Below are positions 49,536-58,667 of a stretch of DNA of 64,000 nt, piece after piece. The DNA is from an uncultured delta proteobacterium. Its GTDB lineage: Bacteria > Desulfobacterota > Binatia > UBA9968. The stretch's first letter is position 1, and each line of letters begins with the position of its first letter. The notes beneath the pieces are model-generated. The model did not search any database and had not been told where the DNA came from. It saw only the letters and a list, made by a program, of their open reading frames with translations. The stretch covers positions 32,001 through 96,000 of the forward strand of contig CAWFJP010000030.1 in assembly GCA_963816145.1 (NCBI GenBank), written 5' to 3'. A program made the position numbers and the translations under genes.

Positions 49536-49636
49536 TCACCACGAAGGACACGAAGATCACGAAGTTCTCGTAGGGGGGCGGGCTCGAAACCCGCCGTTAC
49601 TCTCCAAACCGTTCATGACCTTAGGGTCTTCGTGGT
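49536..49636. repeat. CACGAAG element, copy 4, containing a GTAG-type REP (49570-49600)
   Basis: tcaccacgaaggacacgaagatcacgaag [gtaggggggcgggctcgaaacccgccgttac] ...cttcgtggt. Confidence 0.75.
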
Positions 49637-49663
49637 CCGTATTACAGCGATCGATCTTCAACC

Positions 49664-51370
49664 ATGGGGTTAAGCGCAACCGCGACCATCGCATCGCCAC
49701 GCCAACGCACCGACTGGTGGCAAGGCGGCATGATGGTCGCACTCTTAACCATTCTCACGGCGTTTATTCTCTATCCCGTACTACGAGTCCTGTGGATTTC
49801 TGTTACCGACGATCAGAGCAACGTGACGCTAATTCACTTCGGCAATTTTTTTCGCCGGCCGCTGTTTCGCGAAGCGCTGTGGAACACGCTATGGAGCGGC
49901 GCTCTCGTCGTCATCTTTAGCGCTGTGCTTGCTTTGCCGCTGGCCTATGTGCTGGCGCGCTACGAGTTTCGCGGCAAGCTGCTCCTCCAAACCGCGGCGA
50001 CCCTGCCGCTGGTGATCCCGCCCTTTGTTGGCGCGGTGGCGTTGCAGTTGATTCTTGGGCGCAGCGGCATGGTGAACCTGCTGCTCCAAGACTGGTTCGA
50101 TCTCTCGATCCCGTTCATGGAAGGGCTCACCGGTGTCGTGCTGGTGCAGACGCTACATTTTTTCCCGTTCATTTTGCTCAACACAGTAGTGTCGCTATCG
50201 AACATCGACGCGTCCCTCGAAGAAATGGCGCAGAATCTCGGCTGCCACGGCTTTCGTCTGTTTCGCCGCGTTACCTTGCCGCTGATGCTGCCGGGCTTCA
50301 TCGCCGGCTCGCTTCTGACCTTCATCCGCGCCATCGATGATCTCGGCACGCCGCTGATGTTGAATTACAAAAACCTGCTGGCGCCGCAGGCTTACCTACG
50401 CATCACCACGATCGGTATGGACGATGTCGACGGTTACGTCGTCTGCGTGGTTTTGGTGGTGCTTTCGATGGCGACGCTGTTAGGCGCGCGCAAATACTTG
50501 AGTCTGGCCGAATATGCCACGGTTCAGCGCGCTGCGCCGGTTTCGCGCCCACTGCACGGCCGGAGTCTAACAATGGTTTGGCTCGTCATCGCCGTCATTC
50601 TGGGCATTAGCCTCTTGCCCCACATCGGCATTGTCCTGCTCTCGTTTGCCAAAGTCTGGAGCTTTTCGCTGTTGCCAACGACCTATACGCTCGGCCATTA
50701 CGAAGAAATATTGTTTCGCGTGCCGCACTTCGTCATCAATACCTTGATCTATACGCTGCTCGCCGCGGCTCTCGACATAGTGCTCGGCGCCGCCATCGCA
50801 TTTCTGTTGCTGCGCACCGGCGTGCCCGGCCGCAATGCGCTCGACGCCATCGCTACCATGCCGCTGGCGATTCCCGGTGTCGTTTTGGCGGTCGGCTATC
50901 TGAGAGTTTTTCACGGCTGGGACTTCCCCGGCGTTGGCGCGCCCCTGACATCTTCGTGGCTGATACTCGTGGTCGCTTATACCATGCGGCGGCTGCCCTA
51001 CACCGTGCGCGCCTGCTACGCCGCCCTGCAACAGGTACATATCACCCTCGAAGAATCGGCGCAAAACCTGGGCGCCAATCGTTTTCGCACTTTCATCAAA
51101 ATCACGTTACCCATGATCAGCGGTGGCCTAGTCGCCGGTGGGTTAATCGCCTTCGTGACTTCCTGCGTCGAACTCGCTTCAACGATCATGCTCGTGCCGC
51201 GCATCGAGTTGGGACCGATTTCCTATGGCATTTATCTCTACATGCAGAGTCCACTGGGGCGGGGCGCCGGTGCCGCGCTGGGTGTGGTCGCGATACTGTT
51301 AGTTTCCCTGGGAACCTATCTCACCCACCGGGCTTTCGGCGGACGCGCCGGCAACGCCTTTCGAGTTTAA
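49664..51370 (+). CDS. ABC permease, FbpB type
   Basis: IDASLEEMAQNLG and ITLEESAQNLG EAA loops. Confidence 0.93.
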   Translation: MGLSATATIASPRQRTDWWQGGMMVALLTILTAFILYPVLRVLWISVTDDQSNVTLIHFGNFFRRPLFREALWNTLWSGALVVIFSAVLALPLAYVLARYEFRGKLLLQTAATLPLVIPPFVGAVALQLILGRSGMVNLLLQDWFDLSIPFMEGLTGVVLVQTLHFFPFILLNTVVSLSNIDASLEEMAQNLGCHGFRLFRRVTLPLMLPGFIAGSLLTFIRAIDDLGTPLMLNYKNLLAPQAYLRITTIGMDDVDGYVVCVVLVVLSMATLLGARKYLSLAEYATVQRAAPVSRPLHGRSLTMVWLVIAVILGISLLPHIGIVLLSFAKVWSFSLLPTTYTLGHYEEILFRVPHFVINTLIYTLLAAALDIVLGAAIAFLLLRTGVPGRNALDAIATMPLAIPGVVLAVGYLRVFHGWDFPGVGAPLTSSWLILVVAYTMRRLPYTVRACYAALQQVHITLEESAQNLGANRFRTFIKITLPMISGGLVAGGLIAFVTSCVELASTIMLVPRIELGPISYGIYLYMQSPLGRGAGAALGVVAILLVSLGTYLTHRAFGGRAGNAFRV

Positions 51371-51372
51371 CC

Positions 51373-52467
51373 ATGAATGCCGCTCAAGTCCGGTTGGAAA
51401 ACATCGGCAAGCGCTACGGCGAACAATGGGTCGTGCGCGGCGTCAACCTGCACATCCAAGCGGGGGATTTCTTCACCTTTTTAGGCCCCAGCGGCTGCGG
51501 CAAGACCACCTTGCTACGCATGATCGCCGGCTTTGCGATTCCGGATGAGGGATCGATTCGCCTAGATGACCGGGAGGTCAGCCGAATGCCGCCCTGGCAG
51601 CGCGACATCGGCATGGTGTTTCAGAACTACGCTCTGTGGCCGCATCTGACGGTCTTTGAAAATGTCGCCTTCGGCCTGCGCGAGCGCAAGATTCCGCGCG
51701 ATGTGGTTAGCAAGCGGGTAAACCAAGCACTGGAAATGGTCGACCTCAAGGGCCGCGAGTCGCGCCGTCCGTCCCAACTCTCCGGCGGGCAGCAGCAGCG
51801 CGTCGCTCTGGCGCGCACCCTGGTCATCCAGCCAAGGGTTCTGCTGCTCGATGAACCGCTCAGCAATCTCGATGCCAAGCTGCGCGTCGAAATGCGGCTG
51901 GAACTGTTGAAGCTGCAACGCGATCTCGGCCTAACCACAATTTACGTCACTCACGATCAGGAAGAAGCTCTGGCAATGTCGACCAGAATTGCCGTGATGA
52001 ATCTCGGCCAAGTCGTCCAAGTCGACCCGCCGCGCGTGATCTACGAGCAGCCGATCGATAATTTCGTCGCAGCCTTTGTCGGCCAAGCCAACTTACTCGA
52101 GGGAAGCATTCACTCACGCACCGAAACCAGGCTCATGATCGACATCGGTGATGGCAACGTCATAGAGGTTAGCGATGGTGACACTTTTCGCACCGGCGAC
52201 CACGTGTGGCTCAGCCTGCGGCCAGAAGCGATCGAGCTGGTGCCACCTGGCGCCGACAAACCTTCCGACAACAATCTCAATGGCGTCGTTGCCGCCGCGG
52301 CATACCAAGGCGCATTCGTGGAATACGAAATTGCCGCAGCGGGAATTACCCTCAAAGCCCGCGTCGCTCACTCAAAAGGGAAAACACTTTACCAACGAGG
52401 TGATGCGGTTAAGCTGACAATTGCCCCAGAGAAAATCAATTGTCTGACACGTCCCGGCGGCGATTAG
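51373..52467 (+). CDS. ABC ATPase, FbpC/PotA type
   Basis: GPSGCGKTT, VFQNYALWPH, LSGGQQQR, LLDEPLSNLD. Confidence 0.95.
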   Translation: MNAAQVRLENIGKRYGEQWVVRGVNLHIQAGDFFTFLGPSGCGKTTLLRMIAGFAIPDEGSIRLDDREVSRMPPWQRDIGMVFQNYALWPHLTVFENVAFGLRERKIPRDVVSKRVNQALEMVDLKGRESRRPSQLSGGQQQRVALARTLVIQPRVLLLDEPLSNLDAKLRVEMRLELLKLQRDLGLTTIYVTHDQEEALAMSTRIAVMNLGQVVQVDPPRVIYEQPIDNFVAAFVGQANLLEGSIHSRTETRLMIDIGDGNVIEVSDGDTFRTGDHVWLSLRPEAIELVPPGADKPSDNNLNGVVAAAAYQGAFVEYEIAAAGITLKARVAHSKGKTLYQRGDAVKLTIAPEKINCLTRPGGD

Positions 52468-52559
52468 CGAAGGATATTTGACGAAATCGAATATTATCAA
52501 ATGCGTTTGCCACACACGCTTTGCGAGTGCGATGGAGCGCCGGACGAATGAACTTGGGG

Positions 52560-53681
52560 TTAACCATATCTTCGCTGCTCGACGATCACGGGGGCAGCAA
52601 GAACAGCTTGTGCCGGAAAACTCATGAGTACGCGGGTCCCGGAGCCAGACTTGCTGGTAATGCTTAGTTTGCCGCCGACAAGGTCGGCCATACGGCGCGC
52701 CACCGTGAGACCGATGCCCAAGCCCGAAAACGCCCGCTGCGGCGAATTGTCCGCCTGATGGAACGGCTCGAAGATCGTGTCGATCTTGTTCTGCTCGATA
52801 CCGACTCCGGTATCGATGACTTCAAAATCTATTTGGGTACGGTCCATTGACGCGCTGACTTTGACCGCAATTTCGCCCGCAGAGGTGAACTTGACCGCGT
52901 TATTGAAAATGTTCTGAAACACCCGTTCGACCTTGGCGCGGTCGTTGATCATCGACAAATCGCCGTCGGCAAATTGAACGTTGAGTTGCAATCCTTTATC
53001 TCGGATCATGTTCTCGTGCCGTTTTACCGAATCATTGACGATCTCGCGGGCATCGAACTTCTCCACGTTAGCGCTGCTGTCACCGGCATTGAGCGACGTC
53101 ATCCACAACACATTATCGATCAACTCTAGCAGCTCTTCCGAATTGCGGTAGACAGTTTCAAGAACTTTCTGCTGCTCGTCGCTGAGCTTACCGATGACCT
53201 GGTTGAGGAGTAGATAGACAAAACCGACGACCACGCTGAGCGGCGTGCGCAGTTCATGGGAAACGTTGGAGAGAAAGTCGGACTTGACCTGGCGCAGCCT
53301 GGCCTTTGCAGTGCGTCGCTCCAAGCCGCGCCGGACCAAGGAAAGGATATGATTCACGTCGAAGGGCTTGGAGATGTAATCGAACGCGCCTAGGCGTAAT
53401 CCCTCGATAGCCGTGTCGAGCGATCCATAGCCGGTGATAATAATTGCCTCGATATCAGGATCGTGGGCTTTGACCTTCTCCAACACATTGATACCGCTCA
53501 AACCCGGCATCTTAAGATCCAAAGTCACTAGGTCCACGGGATACTGCTTGAGCATCTCGATCGCTTGCGCGCCCCGGTCGGCGACTAGCACATTGTAATA
53601 CGGGTTGAGAATCATCTTGAGCGATTCTCGCGGTCCCATCTCGTCATCGACTACCAGAATGTTCGGTTTGCTAGCATCCAT
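52560..53681 (-). CDS. Cytoplasmic REC-HisKA-HATPase hybrid kinase
   Basis: LVVDDE...VTLDLKMP...SKPF; SHELRTPL; NNAVKFT, DTGVG, GLGIGL. Confidence 0.95.
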   Translation of the reverse strand: MDASKPNILVVDDEMGPRESLKMILNPYYNVLVADRGAQAIEMLKQYPVDLVTLDLKMPGLSGINVLEKVKAHDPDIEAIIITGYGSLDTAIEGLRLGAFDYISKPFDVNHILSLVRRGLERRTAKARLRQVKSDFLSNVSHELRTPLSVVVGFVYLLLNQVIGKLSDEQQKVLETVYRNSEELLELIDNVLWMTSLNAGDSSANVEKFDAREIVNDSVKRHENMIRDKGLQLNVQFADGDLSMINDRAKVERVFQNIFNNAVKFTSAGEIAVKVSASMDRTQIDFEVIDTGVGIEQNKIDTIFEPFHQADNSPQRAFSGLGIGLTVARRMADLVGGKLSITSKSGSGTRVLMSFPAQAVLAAPVIVEQRRYG

Positions 53682-53695
53682 GCCGTTGCTAATTC

Positions 53696-53711
53696 AGCAA
53701 GGCGCATGCCA
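53696..53711 (-). promoter_or_regulatory. sigma54 -24/-12 promoter
   Basis: Minus strand TGGCATGCGCCTTGCT, 15 nt upstream of the hybrid kinase ATG. Confidence 0.65.
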
Positions 53712-53801
53712 CCGGGGAGATTAGGTAACGGCTTGAATTTAGATGGAATTTTTCAGCAAGGAAGGAGTGTTAAGGAAGCTGCGGGCAACAAAAATGTCCA
53801 A

Positions 53802-55211
53802 CTAGGACGATAATTTCACCTCTTCCTCATCGTCATCGTTGGGATTGTTAATCTTGAGTTTTTCGATCCGGTATTTGAGGATGCGCCGGCTGGTGTTGAG
53901 TATCATCGCCGCCTTGGTCTGGTTGAAGCCGGTGCGCTGCAGGGCCTTGACGATCAACTCGCGCTCGAACTCGTCGACGGCGTCGCTCAGCGGCCGCGAC
54001 CCGCTCAACACATCCTCTTTGAGCGTCGCGGTTTGATCCGTCGAGCGCATGCTCGGCGGCAAATCGCGCAGCGTGACGGTTTCCTGCGGTGTCAATATCG
54101 TCAAGCGCTCGATTAAATTTTCCAGCTCGCGAACATTACCAGGCCAAGGGTAAGACATGAAGAAATCCACGACTTCGGGCGACAGGGTTTTCATGGCGAT
54201 GGAATGTTCCTGGGCTTTCAGGCGCAAGAAATGGTCGAGCAATAATGCGATATCTTCACGGCGCTCGCGCAGCGGCGGCAGAAATAAAGCAACGACATTC
54301 AACCGGTAAAAGAGATCCGGCCGGAACTCGCCGTTCTTGGCCATCTGCTCCAGATCGCGATTGCTCGCGGCGACAATGCGCACGTCCACTTTGATTTCGT
54401 CCGTGCCACCGAGACGACTGAAGGTCTCTTGTTCGATGGCGCGCAGGAATTTCGCCTGGACGCCGAGATCGAGTTCGCCGATCTCATCGAGAAAAAATGT
54501 TCCGCCGTGGGCGAGTTCGAAACGGCCGATCTTTTTCTGCGACGCGTTGGTGAAGGCACCACGCTCATATCCGAACAACTCACTTTCCATCAAGTTTTCC
54601 GGCAAGGCCGCGCAATTGACAACCACAAAAGGTTTGGAGCGCCGGTCGCTATTGTAATGAATCGCCCTGGCGATGAGCTCCTTGCCGGTGCCGCTTTCGC
54701 CAGTAATCAACACCGTGCTTTTTTTCGCCGCCACCATGCTCACTGCCTTGAAGACATCGGTGATTTGCTTGGACTTGCCGACGATGAAGTCAATGCCGTA
54801 TTTGCGGCCGACTTCCTCCTTCAAGGTTTCTAACTCGCGCGACAATTGCACTTTTTCAAGCGCATGCTCGACGCGCAGACGAAGCTCGTCCACGTCGAAG
54901 GGCTTAGTCACATAATCGAAAGCGCCGGTTCCCTTGGCGGTAAAAGCCGTCCTGGCGGTATTGATACCGGTCAGCATAATCACCTGGCAATCGGGATGGA
55001 TGGATTTGATCTGCTTGAGCACACCGAGGCCATCGGCGCCGGGCATCATGATATCCAGCAGCACCGCATCAGGCTTATCCTCGCTAACCTTTTGAAGCGC
55101 TTCGTCGGCTGACGCGGCTTCCAAGACACGGTAAGTCTTGTTGAAGACCATTTGCAACGATTGGCGAACTCCCGCTTCGTCGTCCACCACCAATAATAAG
55201 GGCTGGCTCAT
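53802..55211 (-). CDS. NtrC/AtoC-family sigma54-dependent response regulator
   Basis: REC (LLDIMMP), GESGTGKE, ESELFG, GAFTNA, LDEIGE, WPGNVREL, Fis HTH. Confidence 0.96.
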   Translation of the reverse strand: MSQPLLLVVDDEAGVRQSLQMVFNKTYRVLEAASADEALQKVSEDKPDAVLLDIMMPGADGLGVLKQIKSIHPDCQVIMLTGINTARTAFTAKGTGAFDYVTKPFDVDELRLRVEHALEKVQLSRELETLKEEVGRKYGIDFIVGKSKQITDVFKAVSMVAAKKSTVLITGESGTGKELIARAIHYNSDRRSKPFVVVNCAALPENLMESELFGYERGAFTNASQKKIGRFELAHGGTFFLDEIGELDLGVQAKFLRAIEQETFSRLGGTDEIKVDVRIVAASNRDLEQMAKNGEFRPDLFYRLNVVALFLPPLRERREDIALLLDHFLRLKAQEHSIAMKTLSPEVVDFFMSYPWPGNVRELENLIERLTILTPQETVTLRDLPPSMRSTDQTATLKEDVLSGSRPLSDAVDEFERELIVKALQRTGFNQTKAAMILNTSRRILKYRIEKLKINNPNDDDEEEVKLSS

Positions 55212-55212
55212 G

Positions 55213-57078
55213 TCAGTTTTCTTTTCCGTGCTCAACAATCGGGAACTCCATTCTTACAATGTCTTTTTCCGCGTCGGATCGATCCGCGATAAAGCGTCCG
55301 CCATTTTTTTCCACCAGTTGTTTGGCCAACAGCACACGTAGCGGCAGGAGCCCCTCCTCGGGTTGTGAACCGCTATTGCCCAGGTAATGGGAAACCGATC
55401 CCATGCGGGCCCCTTCACGGAGAGACGTGATCGCCAGGACGCCCGGTTGGCTAACGTCGATTTCAATCTCGCTGCCCGTCTTGGCTTCCGCCGTGACTGC
55501 CAAAAGCACGTTTTTGAGTATATAAATCAAATGCTTCTCGTCCGAGCGTATCCGCTCGGCCCGGCCGTTTTTCTTCCAATCGAAGCGAGTTTGCCGCTTG
55601 CTGCATTGGGAACTAATTTCGCCGAGCACGTCTCTGGTTTTTTCCTCGAGCGCAATCGCGCTTTGGCGCGGCTCAGTGAAGTCGGCGAACTCGATCATCA
55701 CTTCCAATAAATCGTCCATCCGTTCGATATCGCCGCCGACCACCTCTTGGAAGCGCGAGCGAAAGTTTTCATCCTGATAACGCTCGCCGAGTAGCTGCGC
55801 GAACGTCTTGATCGTAACCATCGGATTCTTGAACTCATGGGCGAGTTCATGAATCACCAGGTTTAAGTCAACCGATTTGGCATGGCCATTTGATTGCGCC
55901 ACAAGTGCCGGGCGCGAGCCGCCAACATCACTATCAGCACCTGCTGGCGGCACAAACTCGACTAATTCGCTGGCATCGATCGCCTGAATTTCACCACCAA
56001 AATCGAACACCAAATCAGCGGCATCGATCTGGTCCTTAGAACGTAGGGCCATCGTCCGCGCTACGACCGTTTCCAACTCACGCAGATTGCCGAACCATAG
56101 GTACTTGGACAACCGCTCATGGGCCGCCGGTGAAAACGTCGGTTCCCGCACCCCCAATGATCGCGCTAACCGTCGGGCAAAGCTCTGGGCTAATGCCGGG
56201 ATATCCGTCGCGCGCTCGCGTAACGGCGACAAATGCAGCGATAGAACCGCCAATTGGTAATAGAGCCCTTCGGGAAACTCACCACGATAGACCCGCGCCA
56301 ATAGGTCGGCGTTTGCCGTGCTCAGCAAGCGCAGTTCGGTATGCTGTTGGGCCTCGGCGATATACTCCGCCAGCCGCGTCTGCGCCGCGGCTTCACACCG
56401 GTCGAGATTCTCGACGAGCAGTGTGATCGGAGTCAGGTTCGCTGACACGGTCGACCAGAGTTCCTTACGTTTCTCCGCCAGGTAATCCACGTCTATGACC
56501 GCGGCGTTGACCGCGACACAGATGCCGCCTTGCTGCCGATGAATCACCGACGCGACTTGAAGCTGGCCGCAGCCCAGTTCGCCATGAATTAGCAAAGGCA
56601 ATTGGGTCGCCGCAAACCGCTGCACAAGACTTGCCGCGCTACGGCTTAAGAAAGGAAACTCGAGGTAGCGCGAGTCATCTTCGCGCTTGGCCGGCTCCAA
56701 CCATCCCTGCCGTGCGGGAACTCGTTTGCCCCGCGTCAGCAGCTGACCGACTCTTTCCTGCAGCTCGTAGGGATTGAACGGCTTGGTCAAGCATTCTACA
56801 GAATCTGAACTCTCGATCACCCTTGCCGTTGATTTCGACTCGACGAGAAACAGCACCGCAAACGGCAGCCGGCTCGCCAACTGCACTAATCTTCCGGTTT
56901 CCAAACCATCGTATGGCGAAACGCCAAGAATTAACAGGTCGACATCTTCAGAGGCATCGGCCGGTGGCAACCCCTTGGTCCCAAGTGAGCGCTTTGAGAC
57001 TGCGAACTCCCTACTTAGAATCAGAGCCAGTGTTTCCCTGACAACTTCGGATTCATCAATGACTAAGATTCGCTTCAT
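55213..57078 (-). CDS. Pseudo-receiver + degenerate sigma54 AAA+ + HisKA + degenerate HATPase fusion
   Basis: DLLILG (no Asp), GELGCGQ (no Walker A Lys), no GAFTGA, WFGNLREL; intact AHEFKNP; no G boxes. Confidence 0.8.
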   Translation of the reverse strand: MKRILVIDESEVVRETLALILSREFAVSKRSLGTKGLPPADASEDVDLLILGVSPYDGLETGRLVQLASRLPFAVLFLVESKSTARVIESSDSVECLTKPFNPYELQERVGQLLTRGKRVPARQGWLEPAKREDDSRYLEFPFLSRSAASLVQRFAATQLPLLIHGELGCGQLQVASVIHRQQGGICVAVNAAVIDVDYLAEKRKELWSTVSANLTPITLLVENLDRCEAAAQTRLAEYIAEAQQHTELRLLSTANADLLARVYRGEFPEGLYYQLAVLSLHLSPLRERATDIPALAQSFARRLARSLGVREPTFSPAAHERLSKYLWFGNLRELETVVARTMALRSKDQIDAADLVFDFGGEIQAIDASELVEFVPPAGADSDVGGSRPALVAQSNGHAKSVDLNLVIHELAHEFKNPMVTIKTFAQLLGERYQDENFRSRFQEVVGGDIERMDDLLEVMIEFADFTEPRQSAIALEEKTRDVLGEISSQCSKRQTRFDWKKNGRAERIRSDEKHLIYILKNVLLAVTAEAKTGSEIEIDVSQPGVLAITSLREGARMGSVSHYLGNSGSQPEEGLLPLRVLLAKQLVEKNGGRFIADRSDAEKDIVRMEFPIVEHGKEN

Positions 57079-58568
57079 TATCGTGCGCACGGCCATTCGC
57101 TATCGGGCGTATCGGTGCGCCGATGGGCACTTGGACAAAGAATGAAGTTCCTTGCCCCACCGTACTTTCAACCGTGACATAACCGCCATGTTCCTGGACG
57201 ATCTGATGCGATACCGCGAGACCCAATCCGCTCCCCTCATCCTTGCTGGTGAAGAACGGGTCAAAAATATGCTCCAAATTTTCCGGCGGGATTCCGATAC
57301 CGTTATCGCGCACCTCAACTTGAACATACTCTTTAACCAGGTCAGCATTATTTCTGGCAGCGAGACGGGTAGAAATCGATATTGTGCCACCATCTTTCAT
57401 GGCCTGGATTGAGTTCAGAATGAGGTTCATAAATACCTGCTTCATCTGTTCTTTGTCAATCCACACCTTGGGCAGACTTGCGTCAAAATCCCGCTTTATC
57501 TCCACGTTCTTGTCCTTCGCCTGGGCCTCCAAGATTCGCGCGATATTATCAACCACATCGCTGATGTTTTCGGGAGCAACATTGGGCTTAGACGGGCGTG
57601 CGAAGCTCAAAAGGTCGTTAATCAACCCGCAAATCCGGTCAACTTCCTTCAGCGCGAGTCCCTGAAAACCATTGCGAAACTCGGCATCGTCGTAACGCTC
57701 CGGCAAAAGCTGCGTAAACGTGCGAATCGCCACCAAAGGATTGCGAATCTCATGGGCAAGACCTGCCGTGAGTAGACCTAAAGAAGACATCCGATCGGCG
57801 CGCCTCAAGGTCACTTGCGATTGTTTGAGTTCCTGCTCCCGCCTGAACAAACGATCTGCCATCTGATCGAAGGCCTTGGCCAAGCTACCGATCTCGTCAT
57901 CACGGTTGATAGAAACCCGATGTTGTAAATCACCGTCCTCAATACGTTTAGCAGCCAACGTGAGCCGCTCAATAGGCTTTGGTCATTCTTTCTGCAATCA
58001 GATAGATAATCGCCAACCCCGCTAGAAATATGATGGAGGCAACGGCAACGGCCGTAAAAGTAACATTTCTGATATCGTTGAGTATCGGATCGAGATCAAA
58101 GCCTAGGCGGATCCCTCCAAGCTTATCGTTGCCCAGTCTGACTGGTTTGGATATGTCTAGAATTCGTTTGTCATAATCCAAGTCTACCTTGGTTGTCTCG
58201 TTGGACTTGATAATTTGCTCCCCCAGCTCGTCGGTGAATGTAGCAAATAACATCCTTTGATCAGGATGATAGTCACCGACAATTCGCCCATCCTTATCGA
58301 ATATATATGCGTAAGCCACGTTCGGAAGCGCCTTTGCCTCAGAGGCGATCGTTTCAAGCCGGTAAGTATCAAGTTTATACAGCGCCCCGCTTACACTCAG
58401 CTCCATCAAACTGATGCCAACCTTAGCCCTTTCGCCCATTTGCGCTAAGAGCAGGTTTCGCTGGGAACGAATCGTGAGAACGGTGAGCGCACCGACCGCG
58501 GCGAAATAAAAGAGCCCGGCAGCAAGAAAAACCTTGCGTTTGAGACTGAGTTTAATCTCCAAGCTCAT
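57056..58568 (-). pseudogene. Membrane HAMP sensor histidine kinase split by a +1 frameshift (or sequencing error)
   Basis: TM-sensor-TM half (57969-58568) and kinase half (57056-57958; AHEIRNP, NLILNS, DNGIG, GLGL). Removing one A at 57978-57980 gives MTKPIERLTLAAKRIEDGDL, an intact HAMP. Confidence 0.85.
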
Positions 58569-58667
58569 TGGTGAACAAGAATATCGGTGAGCTTAGCGGG
58601 GTTCCGCAGGGCTTAATCGACGAGACCAAGAGATAACGGTGACGCCCAATAATGTTAGGCGGCGCTG

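Noticed and set aside
49414-49920. ORF with an HHEGHEDHE metal-binding-like stretch (and similar ORFs at 6209-6569 and 47809-48102)
   Set aside because: These are translations of the CACGAAG repeat element and overlap real genes or repeats.
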